DNA of 63,139 bases, filler included, from Octopus bimaculoides (taxonomy: Eukaryota), in NCBI RefSeq assembly GCF_001194135.2. It is 7 parts of 5 records of this genome, joined end to end, with 100 filler letters (N's around TTAATTAATTAA, not from the genome) between each part and the next. Parts side by side here need not be neighbours in the genome. Positions count along the whole stretch, not along the records: positions 42,873 to 53,846 come from NC_068981.1; positions 53,947 to 58,299 come from NC_069010.1; positions 58,400 to 63,139 come from NC_068986.1; 4 more parts are not named here. One strand, given 5' to 3'. This document shows positions 51,552 to 63,139 of the stretch, piece by piece; the first letter of the stretch is position 1; the number at the start of each line of letters is the position of its first letter. The position numbers were made by a program, and so were the translations under genes. The notes below the pieces were generated by a model. It worked only from the letters and a program-made list of their open reading frames with translations, was not told the origin of the DNA and did no database searches.

Positions 51552-52013
51552 CTCCACACACACACACACACACACACACACTCTCTCTCTTCTCTCTCTC
51601 TCTCTACTGTAAATACTTTATTACAGTAAACAAGTGACTGTGTTTGTGCTTCATTCATTATTGTCCGGGATGGGTGGAGGGTTTAATGATACAGTCATAG
51701 TTCGGTCGTAGGTATGGTTGTTATTGTTCTTGTTTGAGGTGGTGGTAGCGGTGGTGGCGGTGTTTAGCCCCAGGTCAGCACTGTTCCAACCGACCTTTGA
51801 TCAAAGACATTCCAGCCTGTAAACTATGCTGGGCCGGATAAAGATATTGGGACAAAAACGGTCGGGGGAGGGGGTGGGAGGGTTGATCCTGAAAAAAAAA
51901 AAACTCTCTTGGAATTTTCTGGCAATTTTTGGACGATGGAATCATAACATGGAGCCAGTGGAACCAAAGGAATGCCTCTTTCCTTTCGTTTTCTTTGTGT
52001 GCGTGTGTGTGTC

Positions 52014-52054
<41 letters not shown>

Positions 52055-52537
52055 GGAAGTGAGTGTGTGTGNNNNNNNNNNNNNNNNNNNNNNNNNNNNN
52101 NNNNNNNNNNNNNNNNNNNNNNNNNNNNNNNNNNNNNNNNNNNNNNNNNNNGTGTATGAGAGAGAGAGAGAGAGAGAGAGGAAGTGAGTGTGTGTGTGTA
52201 TGAGAGAGAGAGAGAGAGAGAGAGGAAGTGAGTGTGTGTGAGCGTGCTTTGTACGTATTTCTGTGTGTGTGTGTATGTGTGTTTGCATGAACGTATGTAT
52301 GTAGGAATGCGCCTCTTTGTTTAGATGTGTGTATGTATGAACGTATGCGCTGGTGCATGTCTCATTGCGTGTGTGCATATACATGTGTACGTGTGACTAT
52401 CTGCGTCTGTATGTGTCAGTATGCATGTTATACGTGTATACGTGTAAGTGTGTGTGTGTGTATATATATATATCTATATACATGTTTATAAATGTGGACT
52501 GCGTTTGTGCGCGTGTCTGTGTGTGTGTGTGTATGTA

Positions 52538-52635
<98 letters not shown>

Positions 52636-52863
52636 TGAGTATCTTTGTGTATCCGTGTGTGTTCGGGTACGTTTGTATAAATGTATGAGCTTATGTGATG
52701 GGAAATGTGTTTATTTACGCGTTTGTGTGTATGTGTATGTATGATTGTGTGAATGTTTTCCTCTGCCTGCTTGCTTTATTCAATGTGTCTTTGTCTGTAC
52801 ATATGTATGTGTGTGTGTGTGTGCGTGTACGCATGCGTGTGTATGTATGTATGTATGTATGTA

Positions 52864-52894
<31 letters not shown>

Positions 52895-53774
52895 GTTTGT
52901 ATGTATGTATATATGTATGTGTGTATGTATATATATATATGTATATATTATGCATGTATGTATGTATGTATGTATGTATGTATGTATGTATGTATGTATG
53001 TATATACGTATATCATAGTCGGCCATCTTGCAGTTGCTACAGCATCAAACGCCACTTCGCTCATTCATTCATATTTCATTCGGTTAACCTTTTTTCTGTT
53101 TTTTCAATGACCGCTTTAAAAATCTCCATTCATGTCTTACATTCTCTATGCTTGTTCGAGTGTATAATTTGCGGATGTATATATATGCAATATAACTGAC
53201 AGTTTATTTTTTCGGAAATTAGTCGTAAAGTCCACATTAAACGTATATGAATCATGGATTAAGTCTTCCATTATTTAGTGCTGTCGCCTTTATTAATGGC
53301 ATGCCGACAATTACTCAAAGGCTAGTTATGCGTATTATATTTATAATTGCTATCTTATTGATTATTAGTGTCTCGCTAATTAACAATTATCTACCAAACC
53401 ACACGAGAGATATTCAAATATAAACACAGAGTATTTTGGAATCTTTCTTGGAAACTAATTCTATTTAAACTTGAGACATGTTCCACCTATTCAAGACGGT
53501 AAACGCTTTTAGAGCCGACACGCTGTGACATTTACACAACAACAAAATGATTTACATATCAACTGGTCGTTTCTATTCAGATTTTAGCAATAATCTTGTT
53601 ATAATTCGGATGAAGGAATGGTCTATTCTTTTACAGGTTTGTGCTGAAAGGTGGAGATCTTGCAACAACCATTACAAGGCCTCACCACAAGTAACTAAAC
53701 AGTAATTCATTCACAGAAGCGTAGGCATGGCTGTGTACTGAAGAAATTCTCTTCGCAACCACATGCATTCGGGT

Positions 53775-53846
<72 letters not shown>

Positions 53847-54094
53847 NNNNNNNNNNNNNNNNNNNNNNNNNNNNNNNNNNNNNNNNNNNNTTAATTAATT
53901 AANNNNNNNNNNNNNNNNNNNNNNNNNNNNNNNNNNNNNNNNNNNNATGCTTTCCCTGATGAGAAGGTTACAATTTTAATATCAAAGATCCCTATGGATC
54001 ACACAGGTTGTATTCCTTTGAAACATATGTAGGAATAAAGTATGCAATTATAACATGCGTTTTCTCCATTCCTTAAATTCTTATATATATATAT

Positions 54095-54400
54095 ATATAT
54101 ATCATTACCGTCCACTCGTGACCGAAGAAGACAATTACTGACCTTCAGGAAAATTGTGCACTCTAGGACTGACATATTTTGCATTTGCGGCTCCATTGGT
54201 GGCTAATGAGCCCTGATCTGGACAAGCACACACGACTGCAAACATTGCAAACCAAGCTTTCCCCATTCACTACACCAGCAGTGCGCTTTCGAGCACGCTC
54301 GCTTAAGTTTTTCATGCAGAATACGTGCTCTCTCAAAAGTGTCGACCCCACTCCTTAACTTGCTTCCTCCATCTGTGGCGATGACAGACATTGCTATCAG
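54095..54400 (-). mobile_element. RTE LINE 3' terminal fragment with C2H2-like finger and (AT)n tail
   Basis: RWRKQV.SGVDTFERAR...KR and CNVCSRVCLSRSGLISH, typical of RTE C-termini; ends in an AT microsatellite. Confidence 0.75.
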
Positions 54401-54429
54401 TCGAGAACTCTGCATAGTGGAAGCCAGCA

Positions 54430-56950
54430 AGTGTATGGGGTCATTAGTAGAGAATGCGCGCTGTTTCGGGGCCTACTTGTCGACGGCATCAATGCGCACC
54501 GGCCCCCACTCACTGATATGAGGCCCCGCTTGCTAACCCTAACCCTAATCCTAAAGTTCAATATTCTTCTAGGCATTGCTCATCGTCTTCTTTCAACCAA
54601 CTCCAGTGGCTAGCCTTTTCCACTATAGTTTGGATATTGCTCATGATTATATTTACCTTACGATGAATTAGGCCTAACGATAACAACACTCGTCTCACAC
54701 TGTGCCCAACAAACTCTCTACATCCGACTTCGATTGGAAAATGCTCCGCTTTCCAGCCAGTGCTTCACATTCCCCGAGTAGGTTTACATAACGGTCAATG
54801 TTTTGAGCCCGAGCAGTCTCCATGTTATCTTCATGAGGAACCGTTAACTCGACTAGCTTCACAACTTTCTTTTTTCCCACCACATTAATATCCTTTTTTG
54901 CAGCTGGGATGGGAAAAGAGTCCCTGACATCCTAGTAAATTGACAGCCACCTCCCAACAGCCGTTCCACTTTTCGTCACTCACAGGAAGTTTGTTGCTGT
55001 TCTTCTTGAAACGGATCCGCTGTACTGAGCGCACAAAGGTGATGACATCTCTAGTTCAATTTTCACACGTTTATTTTTCACTGTTGTTGAGATCAGTTTG
55101 GTTCTTCATAGCATTGAAGATAACCTTACGGACCAGGTTGTGTCTGTATGTATACCTGTTCAATGCTAATGAACAGCTGGAAAGAATATGTTTCGCATTT
55201 GCATATATAATTCTCTGAGACGTTCCATCTTACTAGATTTGTAGGTGATGGCAAAACATCATAGGCTGAACGAATTAGAATACTTAGCCGAGATATAATC
55301 CACCTCCATATCTCATCCCAACTTATTTTTCTCTCAGCAACATGTTCCTCCCATCTCGCCATCTGTCCTTGTTGAATACATCGGATCAAAGGAAGCTCTC
55401 CTCTTTCTGCGCCCCTCGTTTTGACTCTGTTGCTAACAACAGATCTGTGTTCACACCGCATCATACTTGCAAACGTTCTGAACCGATCTACGACAAAACC
55501 AAGTCCCTTCCGATGAATTTGCATTGCATCCACCATATCTCGCTATGTAAGAGAAGACAAAATAGCATCAGTTTCTGCTTCTGTTTTCCACTTTCTGGCT
55601 GTTTTCACATCCGGTGCATTACAGCTGATTTCCATGTCCTTTGACTCTCTTAGCATCATCGCCGTTCGTACCTTTCCCAGTTTATATATTTCGACTATTA
55701 GCGCCAGTGGAACTGCAGCGAGTCCCTTTTTCGATAAAGAGCTGAATTGTTCAATATCCGAGGTAGGCCTAGCCACTTTCTCATGAACACATTACATTTT
55801 TGTTCAATGATTTGAACTCGTGACAATGCTACCACGTATATTAAAAGTGGCCACGAAAGTCGCGGATACAAGCCGAACTGCAAGTACTAAATTCTATATT
55901 TCCCTGGTAACTTTGAGTTATCAATCGCTGATAATCCAGCCTCGGCTTGTTTCATAATTTCCATTCCGCGCCTCCTATATGACAATGTTCCAGTATATAT
56001 TCACCCCAAGCTCTTGATGGGTTATTCTTTGACTGTTAGAATACTTTCTTCAGCTATTCGAAACTTAACTTCTTTCTGCACTCCCTTAACAAATGTCAGA
56101 CTTTGCGATATTGTGCAGCCAGCTGCAATGCTAATCTCCAATTGGTGCCAATCTGTTGTATAAATCTCCAGCTGTAAACCTCATCTCAAAACTATCCTAA
56201 TATATCCTCATTATTTTGTTTACTTTGTCTGGAATGTGGAAGTGGTCCATGGCTCTCCTCAGTAATTCGTGCGGTACTGAGAGATATGCATTAGCTAGGT
56301 CAAGCCATACCATGTTCAAACTTGTCTTGTACTCTTTGGCATCCTGGATCGCTTTGAAAATCGAATAACAGTTGTTCAACGCATCCGTGCATCCCAGCCT
56401 TTTGAACAGATTCGTCAACATATCCATTTTTCTGTAAATATGTCACTGTTCTCCTCGAGAGAATTCCTATAAAGATCTTGCCTTCCACATTCAATAAGGA
56501 TATCGGCCTAAACTGTTTCATAGTCTTTGCATTGGCCTCCTTCGGCAGGTATATACCTTCTACCTGAAACCAATCCTCTACAAGAGTCTCTTCGTGCCAC
56601 AGCTATCGGAGTAAGACAAAGAGCTTCTTTCGCAGACGATTGCAATATTTATATACTTTATACACTTCCTTGGGCACTCTTTGCTCTAGCTTTTCTCACG
56701 AAATCATTCACCTCTTTCTCCCTGATATCCCCAATTTGAAATTCGATATCAGATTCTAAGAGATGCTTTTGCCTATTTAGAAGTGGCAGTGGCTGGTTAC
56801 GATGCGGATCGTTGTAGGTCTCTTTCATATGAGCATCCAATTCTTCTTTCGTGCATGATAAAGTGTCACATTTCTGTTTAGTGCACAGCTTCTTAGTAAC
56901 ACCGTACGGATCCGAGAAACTTCCCCCAAGTCCTTTTTTGCGACACATTT
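54430..56950 (-). mobile_element. R2-Hero/NeSL-like LINE (RT plus restriction-like endonuclease); 5'-truncated, frameshifted, internally deleted
   Basis: DPYGVTKKL, KARAKSA, FRPISLLNVEGKIF, VWLDLANAY.SVPH, AAGCTIS, PRLSWPL, RKWLGLP, DVLPSPTNL, HILSSCSLALNRYTYRHN, VELTVPHE and FPIEVGC...ASHW. Stop codon at 54558-54560. The 3' boundary is approximate. Confidence 0.85.
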
Positions 56951-57104
56951 TTTGTACGATAAGAGTTTTTATAATCTAAACGCCAACTCTGTGAGTAAAT
57001 TAAAAACTTTCCAGCCCGGATCCGGATCTGCAATCCTGAAATTTTGGACTCCCATGTTTTCGTTATTGCGATTGTTTTCGGCGATTTTTTTAGATAAAAT
57101 ATTT

Positions 57105-57192
57105 TGCGAGGAAAATGGTCATCATTGGGATATGACTCTGGAGGAAGCAATCGCAACAAATTCTCCAAAACAAGTCAGGGATCTGTTTGCAA
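57105..57192 (+). mobile_element. Helitron RepHel fragment
   Basis: EENGHHWDMTLEEAIATNSPKQVRDLFA matches the recalled Helitron motif HW.xTL.EA....SP.Q.R.LFA. A CTAG|T follows at 57231. Confidence 0.6.
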
Positions 57193-57235
57193 ATCTTCCC
57201 ATTCGGGGTCAGTTGCTTAAAACCCATATACTAGT

Positions 57236-57308
<73 letters not shown>

Positions 57309-57332
57309 TGTATGTATGTATATATGTGTGTA

Positions 57333-57401
<69 letters not shown>

Positions 57402-58254
57402 GATTTCCAAGATTCGAAAGAGTCAGGTAATTAAACAATGAGAGCACCAAGGTCGGGTCCGTGCTAAGGTAACCTTGTACAAAACAATGTATAACGACCA
57501 AATACGTATTCAGTAAAGTAAACACGGATTTGATCCTCCAGTTATGCATACATTAACAAGTTACTGATCGAATAGACAACGAGTCATTAAGGTCACACAT
57601 GGCTACACTCACTGACCGAATTTGGGTCGACACACTCATCTGGCACTATGGATTTGTTCTTGAGAAGTTCGAACTATTCTAGAAGTTCTTACCTATTTTC
57701 TCCTGGTGAAAATGTTTTGTTTTCTTTTTTGCATACTGTAATACTTCTGTTCATCAATAAAAACTCAACTGAAACAGCCTCAGTGAACCACAATCCGTCT
57801 GTTGTTGGTTTATCCTTTCTTAACTCGGAGCCTGAAATTCATTTGATCTGAAGTTTATATGTATATATAAAAAAATCTTTTCAGAATGAGATAAAAAACC
57901 AAGGCTGTGAAGATTTTAGAACATTTATAAATAGGACTTACAGTTGTTTCCAGGATATTTATTATATCCCTTCAATGGAGGCGGTGTGAGAGAATGGTTA
58001 AGCAATAGTTAATTTAGATAAGATACGAAATAGTGAGTGAAGTGGAGGAATGAAAATAGATGTGAGATATGCAGGGATATTGCATTTGTAGCTCCATTAT
58101 TTAGGCAGAATGGTATACATATAAGATTCCAGTATCTTATGAGTAAAAGCCAATAGCATTTAAAGTCGTCATTCCAAGCATAGAGTTTGTACACAGTGCT
58201 ATTGAATTAAGGGTTTTATTTAAAGTGACCTAAAAGTAGGGAAATATAATTGTG

Positions 58255-58299
<45 letters not shown>

Positions 58300-58612
58300 N
58301 NNNNNNNNNNNNNNNNNNNNNNNNNNNNNNNNNNNNNNNNNNNTTAATTAATTAANNNNNNNNNNNNNNNNNNNNNNNNNNNNNNNNNNNNNNNNNNNNC
58401 CGTACGTATCGCAGATCAAGATGGGAAGGATAACTTCCCTTGGCAAAAATAGACAGGACACAGATATGTGTCGATAAGCCAGCTGGAGGAGATGTTCTCC
58501 TGGGGCTAAAAGCAACAGTAACATCCACCCTTAGGGGTCAGCCACATTTAAATGGCAAATATACTTCACTTTATCGTGCAGTTACTGTTAACACCCCGTT
58601 CAGAGATTTAAC

Positions 58613-58649
<37 letters not shown>

Positions 58650-59040
58650 GTTTTATCTTTTATTTTGTTTCAGTTATTAGACTGTGGCCATGCTGGGGCA
58701 CAGCCTTGAAGAATTTTAGTCGGATGAATCAACCCCAGTACTTTTTCTTTTTTCTAAAGCCTGGTACTTATTCTACAAGTCCTTTTTGCTGAACCACTAA
58801 GTTATGTGGACGTAAACACACCAGTTATCAAGCGGTGATGGGGGACAAACACAGACACAAAGACAACACATACACACACATATATACTGTATAATTATGA
58901 GCTACTGATAGTTTCATTCATTGAAGATATTATTTAGGCAGGTTTTAAAATATGCCTAGTGTCTCCATTACATATATACATACATACATACATATATAGA
59001 AATGCATTATACATCATTAGATGTACACCTGACTTTCCTA

Positions 59041-59345
59041 TATTAAATTAAGAATTGAATGGAACGCTGAACTCCAAACTATCAACATAACAACATTTAT
59101 TCAAGGTGGAAAATATACATCTTTAATCTTGTTTGTTGAGACGTCTTCGGTGTGTGAGAACATGGTTGTTGGGACGTTGGTATATTGATGTGAGCTGTCT
59201 AGCGTGAGTTCGAAAGATGGAGAGACAGCTAGACACGTCCTTGCTCAATCGCTGGCCAGCAAGAAAGAGATCGATCAAAGCGGGAAAGCTTGGTTGTTGA
59301 ATTCCACGCATGCGTGAGACTACGCATGCGCACAGCGTTACTACA
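59041..59345 (-). mobile_element. Possible solo LTR (~305 bp)
   Basis: The minus strand begins TGTAGT and has AATAAA ~55 nt from its end (59096-59101). The other end reads TA instead of CA. Flanks are ccta/cata, a 4-bp TSD with one mismatch. Confidence 0.4.
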
Positions 59346-59577
59346 CATACATANNNNNNNNNNNNNNNNNNNNNNNNNNNNNNNNNNNNNNNNNNNNNNN
59401 NNNNNNNNNNNNNNNNNNNNNNNNNNNNNNNNNNNNNNNNNNNNNNNNNNNNNNNNNNNNNNNNNNNNNNNNNNNNNNNNNNNNNNNNNNNNNNNNNNNN
59501 NNNNNNNNNNNNNNNNNNNNNNNNNNNNNNNNNNNNNNNNNNNNNNNNNNNNNNNNATATATCGTTGCCAGTGCCGC

Positions 59578-59846
59578 TGGACTGGCTCCTGTGCAGGTGG
59601 CATGTAAAATACACCATTTTGAGCGTGGCCGTTGCCAGTACTGCCTGACTGGCCTTCGTGCCGGTGGCACATAAAAGCACCCACTACACTCTTGGAGTGG
59701 TTGGCGTTAGGAAGGGCATCTAGCTGTAGAAACTCTGCCAAATCAGATTGGAGCCTGGTGTAGCCATCTGGTTTCACCAGTCCTCAGTCAAATCGTCCAA
59801 CCCATGCTAGCATGGAAAGCGGACGTTAAATGATGATGATGATGAT
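59578..59846 (+). mobile_element. Young RTE-type 3' tail
   Basis: ...GTGGTTGGCGTTAGGAAGGGCATC...CCAACCCATGCTAGCATGGAAAGCGGACGTTAAATGATGATG. Other copies at ~1024-1234(+), 11200-11580(-), 30268-30480(-), 30760-30876(+), 33440-33610(+), 34992-35108(-), 40398-40557(+), 42122-42290(-) and 42400-42723(+). Confidence 0.8.
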
Positions 59847-60103
59847 ATATATATATGACACATTTTGATTGAAACTGTTTCAGCTTACTGTTTATTTAAT
59901 TGTTTGAATAAACCATCAGGTGATACCTAAAGTCTCATGGCTATAGATTGAAAATATTTATGCACACACACACACTTGATAGGGCTTTGTATTTATATAT
60001 ATATATTGAGTACCTTCAACAGCTAAAATTTTATTTCCTTCTATAACTTAAATTTATGTTATTTCATATACATTCACTAACACCAATTTACTTCATGAAT
60101 ATA

Positions 60104-60320
60104 TGAGGGGATACTGAAAAATTCCTGACTTTGGGTAAAAGAAAATATAGGAGGATCAGTTAATTATGATTTTATTCAACATATTCCACTCTCAGATTCC
60201 CACACTTATTGCAGCAGTCCTTCAGTTTCTCTAAGCCCTGTAAAAGAACTCAGAACGTTGGGCCTCAGCCAGGCCTTTTATGATACCCTTAAAGCCAGGA
60301 ACTTTTCAACACACCCCTCA
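60104..60320. mobile_element. Mariner-derived MITE
   Basis: TA|TGAGGGGATACTGAAAAATTCCTG ... CCAGGAACTTTTCAACACACCCCTCA|TA: TIRs with TA TSDs. Confidence 0.75.
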
Positions 60321-60751
60321 TATATAAACACAATGCACACTTCTACAGTTACTGGTCACCAAACATCCAAAACAACTATAAAGGAAATCTCAAATTCTCC
60401 TTGATGTCAGTGCATGAACCCTCTGAATATCTAACTATCTACAAAGAATACCATGAACGACTACCTGGATTCTCCTCTCTTTTATCTGTGATATTAGAGT
60501 GTGGTCTTACTGGATATCTACCTATCTATGCAGAACTGCTGTGAACTTTCACTTCCCTATTTTTTTCTTTCTGATTCCCTGTTTATTTTATTTTTCTCTA
60601 AAATAAGCATTGTATCCTTTCACTAATATTCATTTTACTTTTACCATCATTCTCACTCACGCATGGACACAGTCACTATTTTTCATCTGACAACCTTTAG
60701 CACTTTCACATAAGCATGACAACAGACAAAGAAGCTAATTATATGTTGATG

Positions 60752-60892
60752 TCTATCTATCTATCTATCTATCTATCTGCCTGCTTACTTGTCTGTCTAT
60801 CTATCTATCTAGCTAGCTAGTTAGTTGTCTGTCTGTCTGTCTGCCCATTTATCCGTCCATCTATCCATCTGCCTACCTACCTACCTGCCTGC

Positions 60893-60979
<87 letters not shown>

Positions 60980-61063
60980 CCTACCTACCAACCTACCTAC
61001 CTACCTACCTACCTACCTATCAATCTACCAACCTGCCTACCTACCTACCTACCTACCTACCTT

Positions 61064-61108
<45 letters not shown>
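60752..61108. repeat. (CTAT)n/(CTAC)n tetranucleotide microsatellite
   Basis: Direct reading. Confidence 0.95.
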
Positions 61109-61667
61109 TTGTGTGTGTGTTTGTGTGTGTTTGTATATGTTTGAGTGTCTGTGTCTGTATGTATGTGTAAATCCGAGTGCAAGATTAATTTGGTACAATA
61201 TGGTAATTTTGGCAAATGGTTGATATTAACTTCTAGTGCCAGTATGTGTGTGTATGTGTGTGTGTGTGTGTGTGAGTGAGTGAGTGAGTGAGTGCATGTG
61301 ACTGTATGAGAGTGAATGTGTGTATATGATTGTGTGTATGCATATGTGCATGAGCGTGGAAAGTAATAAGACAGAACCAGAAATAGATAACAGAATGAGA
61401 GGCAAGAAATGATCAAATGAGATATCACATTAGTCAAATGGGTTATCATATTAGAGATTAATATGGGATATCATTTTGATGAGTGGTGTGTGTGTGTGTG
61501 TGTGTGTAGTGTGTGTGCACGCATGCACGTGCATGTGTGTTTATGAGTGTGTGCATGTGTGTTTGCAAGTGTTGTGCATATTTTTGTTGAGTGTGCATGC
61601 TATATCTATCTATCTATCTATCTATCTCACTCTCTCTCGCTCACTCTCTCTCTTTCTCACTCTGTCT

Positions 61668-61729
<62 letters not shown>

Positions 61730-62089
61730 TATAGACAGCAGTTTGCAATGTTTCACCAAAAAGGAGAATTATAATAGTCACTAAATATGACTAGGGTGTT
61801 AGAAACACCTACATTGCAAGAAATAAGAGCTAAAATGTGTTAATGCTGTTGTCAAAGCACATAACAGTGTTTTTGGGATGACTACAGTCCCTATCAGTAT
61901 ATGTGTATACAATTATGTGCTTCATCTACAATATTAGAACGTTTTAGCTGTTATTTCTAGCAATGTAGGTATTTCGAACACCCTTGTCACATTTAGTGAC
62001 AGTTATATACATGTATATATATACATACATATTTAAGACCCTGTTTGCCCAGGGTTTTGGCGTTTTGTCTCTTCAGGATGTTGAAGGAA

Positions 62090-62420
62090 GACTTGTGGTT
62101 GTTTCTGGTTCTGAAGAGTCTTCAGAAACTCAATTGCCAACCACAACTCTTCCTTCAACATCCCAGAGAGACGAAATGCCACAACTCTGGCCAAGCAAAT
62201 GTGGTCATTGAAAGAAAGCAACATTGGAATACTACATAAAGTGGAAGATATTAGAGAAAGGCAAAGCTTACATCAATAGCAGCAGGAACTGGAGATTATT
62301 TCTTGTTGAGAAAAGAGCCATTATAAAGAAGTCTCAGCACCCAGGCTTCTGTTTAAACTGCAAAAGTGAAATTTTTAGTCCTTGCCCACATGAAAGAAAG
62401 TATATTCTATCATACCTATG
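62090..62420 (+). mobile_element. Penelope-like element, GIY-YIG endonuclease C-terminal remnant
   Basis: NHNSSFNIPERRNATTLAKQMWSLKESN, then after a frameshift YYIKWKILEKGKAYINSSRNWRLFLVEKRAII...LNCKSEIFSPCPHERKYIL (cf. NH..SF....N.T.L.K.IW.LK; W.IL.KA.PY...SK.C.LCL.EK; LN.RSE....C.H). Confidence 0.7.
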
Positions 62421-62902
62421 TGCCAATTTTGACTATAACTCTAATTTTAGCTCTTCCATCATTTGCTCTTCAATTTGTTATGGATGAAGAAATGCAGGAA
62501 GTGGTCACAGCTATGTGACCAGCCAAAACCTTCTTCTCTGATGAAATGAGCAATCTTGTTGTTATAATATAGATCCTCGTCCACTTGTATGTTGTTGTCG
62601 GCACTGTAATATTCTTGTCACCACTAATATGTTGTGGCAGTATTCGATGTCTTATCATCTTCGACTCATCTATCATGCTATTGCTGATAGCTCTGCAAGA
62701 CAATGACTTTGAAATGTCTACCATGACAGTAACTCAGACTTGTATATGTCACATAAGTGGCACTGACTCCAACTGAGAACTCATACAATGACTCTACTAC
62801 TACTGATCCCCTACAATGACTGACTGTCTGACTTTATAGTGGCTGTTTCATATCATTTAGTCATGTGGGAAGGAATCTACCATTTTCACTACAACACTTG
62901 TG

Positions 62903-62956
62903 AACCACTGGAAGAAGTGCATCATCAAAACGCAAGGAGACTTTGTTGACAAATTA
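62903..62956 (+). mobile_element. Tiny mariner transposase C-terminal fragment
   Basis: HWKKCIIKTQGDFVDK, cf. RW.KCI...GDY.EK. Confidence 0.4.
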
Positions 62957-63091
62957 TGTGATTGTTCAATCCACAGCTTTTGTTTTAATAAATTATAGAA
63001 ATAAGAGCGAATATAATTTCTTACTTATCCGCTTATGCATACATACATACATATAGACATACATGCATATATACATACATACATACATACT

Positions 63092-63139
<48 letters not shown>

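Noticed and set aside
29482-59777. Long ORFs in the track (150-355 aa) containing X runs
   Set aside because: They are open only because they cross N gaps and microsatellites.

Overview
AT-rich, microsatellite-dense eukaryotic draft-assembly DNA with many N gaps. The SINE families and repeat landscape suggest an octopus (inference). The window holds the N-terminal part of a + strand paxillin gene. Four exons splice in frame (2377-2576, 3569-3980, 6127-6322, 16606-16842) and encode LD1, LD2, a third LD-like motif, an unusual His11-Gln7-His3 tract and a Pro-rich/YDDP segment. The MDDL start exon and the remaining LD and LIM exons were not found, so most of the window is intron (>46 kb after 16842). 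The introns contain tRNA-derived SINEs, RTE LINE pieces, an R2-Hero-like LINE, mariner/pogo/piggyBac elements and MITEs, Helitron and Penelope remnants, a tRNA-Glu pseudogene and a possible solo LTR. The most interesting observations, all hypotheses: (i) a ~16 kb CpG-retaining domain inside a CpG-depleted gene body, containing a candidate internal first exon; (ii) frame-compatible alternative exons that would rewire paxillin's LD/SH2/SH3 modules; (iii) a Penelope-type minimal hammerhead ribozyme motif in sense orientation in the intron; (iv) a Hero-RTE same-strand fusion with telomere-like repeats. No CRISPR array, rRNA gene or intact tRNA gene was seen, and nothing here demonstrates a new biological system by itself.
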